DNA of 64,000 nucleotides from Candidatus Azambacteria bacterium (GTDB lineage Bacteria; Patescibacteriota; Minisyncoccia; UBA10092). Positions 62,895 through 64,000 of this stretch are shown here, one piece after another. The notes under the pieces are model-generated. The model made no database searches, was not told where the DNA came from, and saw only the letters and a program-made list of their open reading frames with translations. The number at the start of each line of letters is the position of its first letter. Position 1 is the first letter of the stretch. The position numbers and the translations under genes are program-made. The stretch spans positions 78,203 through 142,202 of the forward strand of contig JACRAJ010000001.1 of the NCBI GenBank assembly GCA_016213445.1, read 5' to 3'.

Positions 62895-63157
62895 AAGGTA
62901 TTAATAATATATATTAATTTATATATATTAAAATTTATTGTTATTATTATAGTCTTGTAAATCTGGGGAAAAGCTTTTATTATTTGTAATCCAAGCCTTT
63001 ATTTTTAGGGTTAAATTGTTGATAATTTTGTTGATAATCTATTAATATTTTAGGGATTATTTTTTGCGTGAATTTTTTATTTTATTTTTATAAACTTTTT
63101 ACCAACCGTTAATCCACTTATTTATCCCGCTTTTTTCCACAATCTATAAGATGAAAA
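62895..63157. other. candidate oriC (dnaA-dnaN spacer, very AT-rich, with clustered DnaA-box-like 9-mers)
   Basis: ttttccaca (63133-63141, 8/9 to TTATCCACA), taatccact (63110-63118, 7/9), ttatcccgc (63122-63130, 7/9), and long A/T tracts at 62900-63000. Confidence 0.5.
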
Positions 63158-64000
63158 TTAAACTAAATAAAGTTTTTCTTTTATCGAATTTATTTCATCA
63201 TTTAACACGGAATTCGATTCTAATTCTTTTTTTATTTTTTCACAGGCATGAATCGCAGTCGTGTGGTCGCGTCCGCCGACTTTAAGGCCGATGAAAGGAA
63301 AAGAACTTTTTAACTCTTCTCTTAATAAATACATGGTTATTTGGCGGGGTTTTACAATTTCTTTTTTTCTCGATCGCTCCAATAATTCTTTTTCGCTGGT
63401 ATCGTAATATTCGGCGACGGCTTTGATTATATTTTTAAAAGTCGTGTTTTTTTTAGGGGCGCTTATAAGCAGATTTAGGGTTTTTTTGACGTCGATCATA
63501 TTTAATTCTTTTTTACCGAGTTGATGGTTGGTTGCTATCAGGCGGTTTAAAGCCCCTTCCAATTCCCTTACATTCTTTTTTATATTCTGGGCGACATATT
63601 CGCATATTTCATCCGACAAATCCATATTTTTTTCATTAGCCTTCGATTTTAAAATAGCAATCCTTGTTTCCAAATCGGGATATGAAATATCGGCGATCAT
63701 TCCGCCTTCAAAGCGCGAACGAAGGCGTTCTTCAAGAGTTTGGATTGATTTTGGCGATCGATCGGAAGATAGGATTATTTGCCTGCCGGCATCGTATAAA
63801 GCGTTGAAAATATGGAAAAATTCTTCTTGCGTTTTTTCTTTTCCGGACAGAAATTGAATGTCGTCTATTATTAATAAATCAATTTCCCGCCAGCGCCTTT
63901 TAAAATCGTCAATGTCGCGCGGCCTTAAAGAGCCCGATCTTAACGCCGAAATAACCTCCGATGTAAATTTTTCCGAAGTGACGTATTTTATTTTTTTAGC
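63158..64000 (-). CDS. dnaA: chromosomal replication initiator DnaA (C-terminal about 280 aa; 5' end beyond the window)
   Basis: Own translation upstream of the listed ORF continues in frame: ...IDLLIIDDIQFLSGKEKTQEEFFHIFNALY...LRSRFEGGMIADI.... Domain IV contains GGRDHTTAIHA. Confidence 0.9.
   Translation of the reverse strand, partial: AKKIKYVTSEKFTSEVISALRSGSLRPRDIDDFKRRWREIDLLIIDDIQFLSGKEKTQEEFFHIFNALYDAGRQIILSSDRSPKSIQTLEERLRSRFEGGMIADISYPDLETRIAILKSKANEKNMDLSDEICEYVAQNIKKNVRELEGALNRLIATNHQLGKKELNMIDVKKTLNLLISAPKKNTTFKNIIKAVAEYYDTSEKELLERSRKKEIVKPRQITMYLLREELKSSFPFIGLKVGGRDHTTAIHACEKIKKELESNSVLNDEINSIKEKLYLV

Noticed and set aside
1-64000. CRISPR arrays, rRNA genes, and reverse transcriptase or Cas genes.
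   Set aside because: No regularly spaced direct repeats, rRNA-like conserved stretches or such ORFs were seen anywhere in the window.

Overview
This window reads as a chromosome segment from a small-genome, AT-leaning bacterium. An inferred Patescibacteria/CPR-type origin rests on a short IF-2, compact overlapping genes, few Shine-Dalgarno sites and a type IV pilus plus DNA-uptake gene set. No similarity search could be run, so every family call rests on motifs visible in the translations.

Layout:
- 1-8.9 kb: a complete type IV pilus locus with two minor pilin-like genes, pilD, a major pilin, pilC, pilT, pilB, a small membrane protein and pilO/N/M.
- 9-11 kb: comFC and an M16 peptidase.
- 11-22.9 kb: an accessory, compositionally mosaic stretch. 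It holds hicBA, three surface or secreted proteins, a GC-rich lipoprotein, a decayed IS with its DDE core deleted, and tRNA-Ser(GCU). It continues with a Pif1/RecD-like helicase plus Cas4-like nuclease, a frameshifted P-loop remnant, a type II R-M pair, a serine-recombinase tail fragment and an HNH-endonuclease/tRNA-Ser(UGA) cassette.
- 23-62.9 kb: mostly housekeeping genes (infB, rbfA, rpmB, ndk, split comEC, ftsZ/ftsA, ybeY, rpsU, hisS, lepB, pth, dprA, topA, rel, parAB, ruvA, rpsT, holA, pyrG, mutM, polA, tsaE, a second PilB-like ATPase, ruvB, yebC, ruvC, tyrS, PBP1A, dnaN).
- 62.9-64 kb: a candidate oriC and the 3' part of dnaA.

Six tRNAs are present and no rRNA or CRISPR array.

Most interesting observations:
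1. A family of about 30-nt double-hairpin palindromes sits in frame inside essential genes (ruvB, polA, the helicase, comEC, pth, topA, the pilin leader). One further copy is intergenic.
2. Two HNH-endonuclease ORFs abut or overlap tRNA genes, one with a displaced tRNA 5' fragment upstream.
3. Two GC-rich or wobble-supported structured elements are each closed by a 21-25 bp stem (49087-49239 and 55814-55976).
4. An ATP-cone/PD-(D/E)xK nuclease fusion lies beside a tRNA-Pro 3'-half duplication.
5. A candidate small RNA ends in a 19-bp terminator hairpin.
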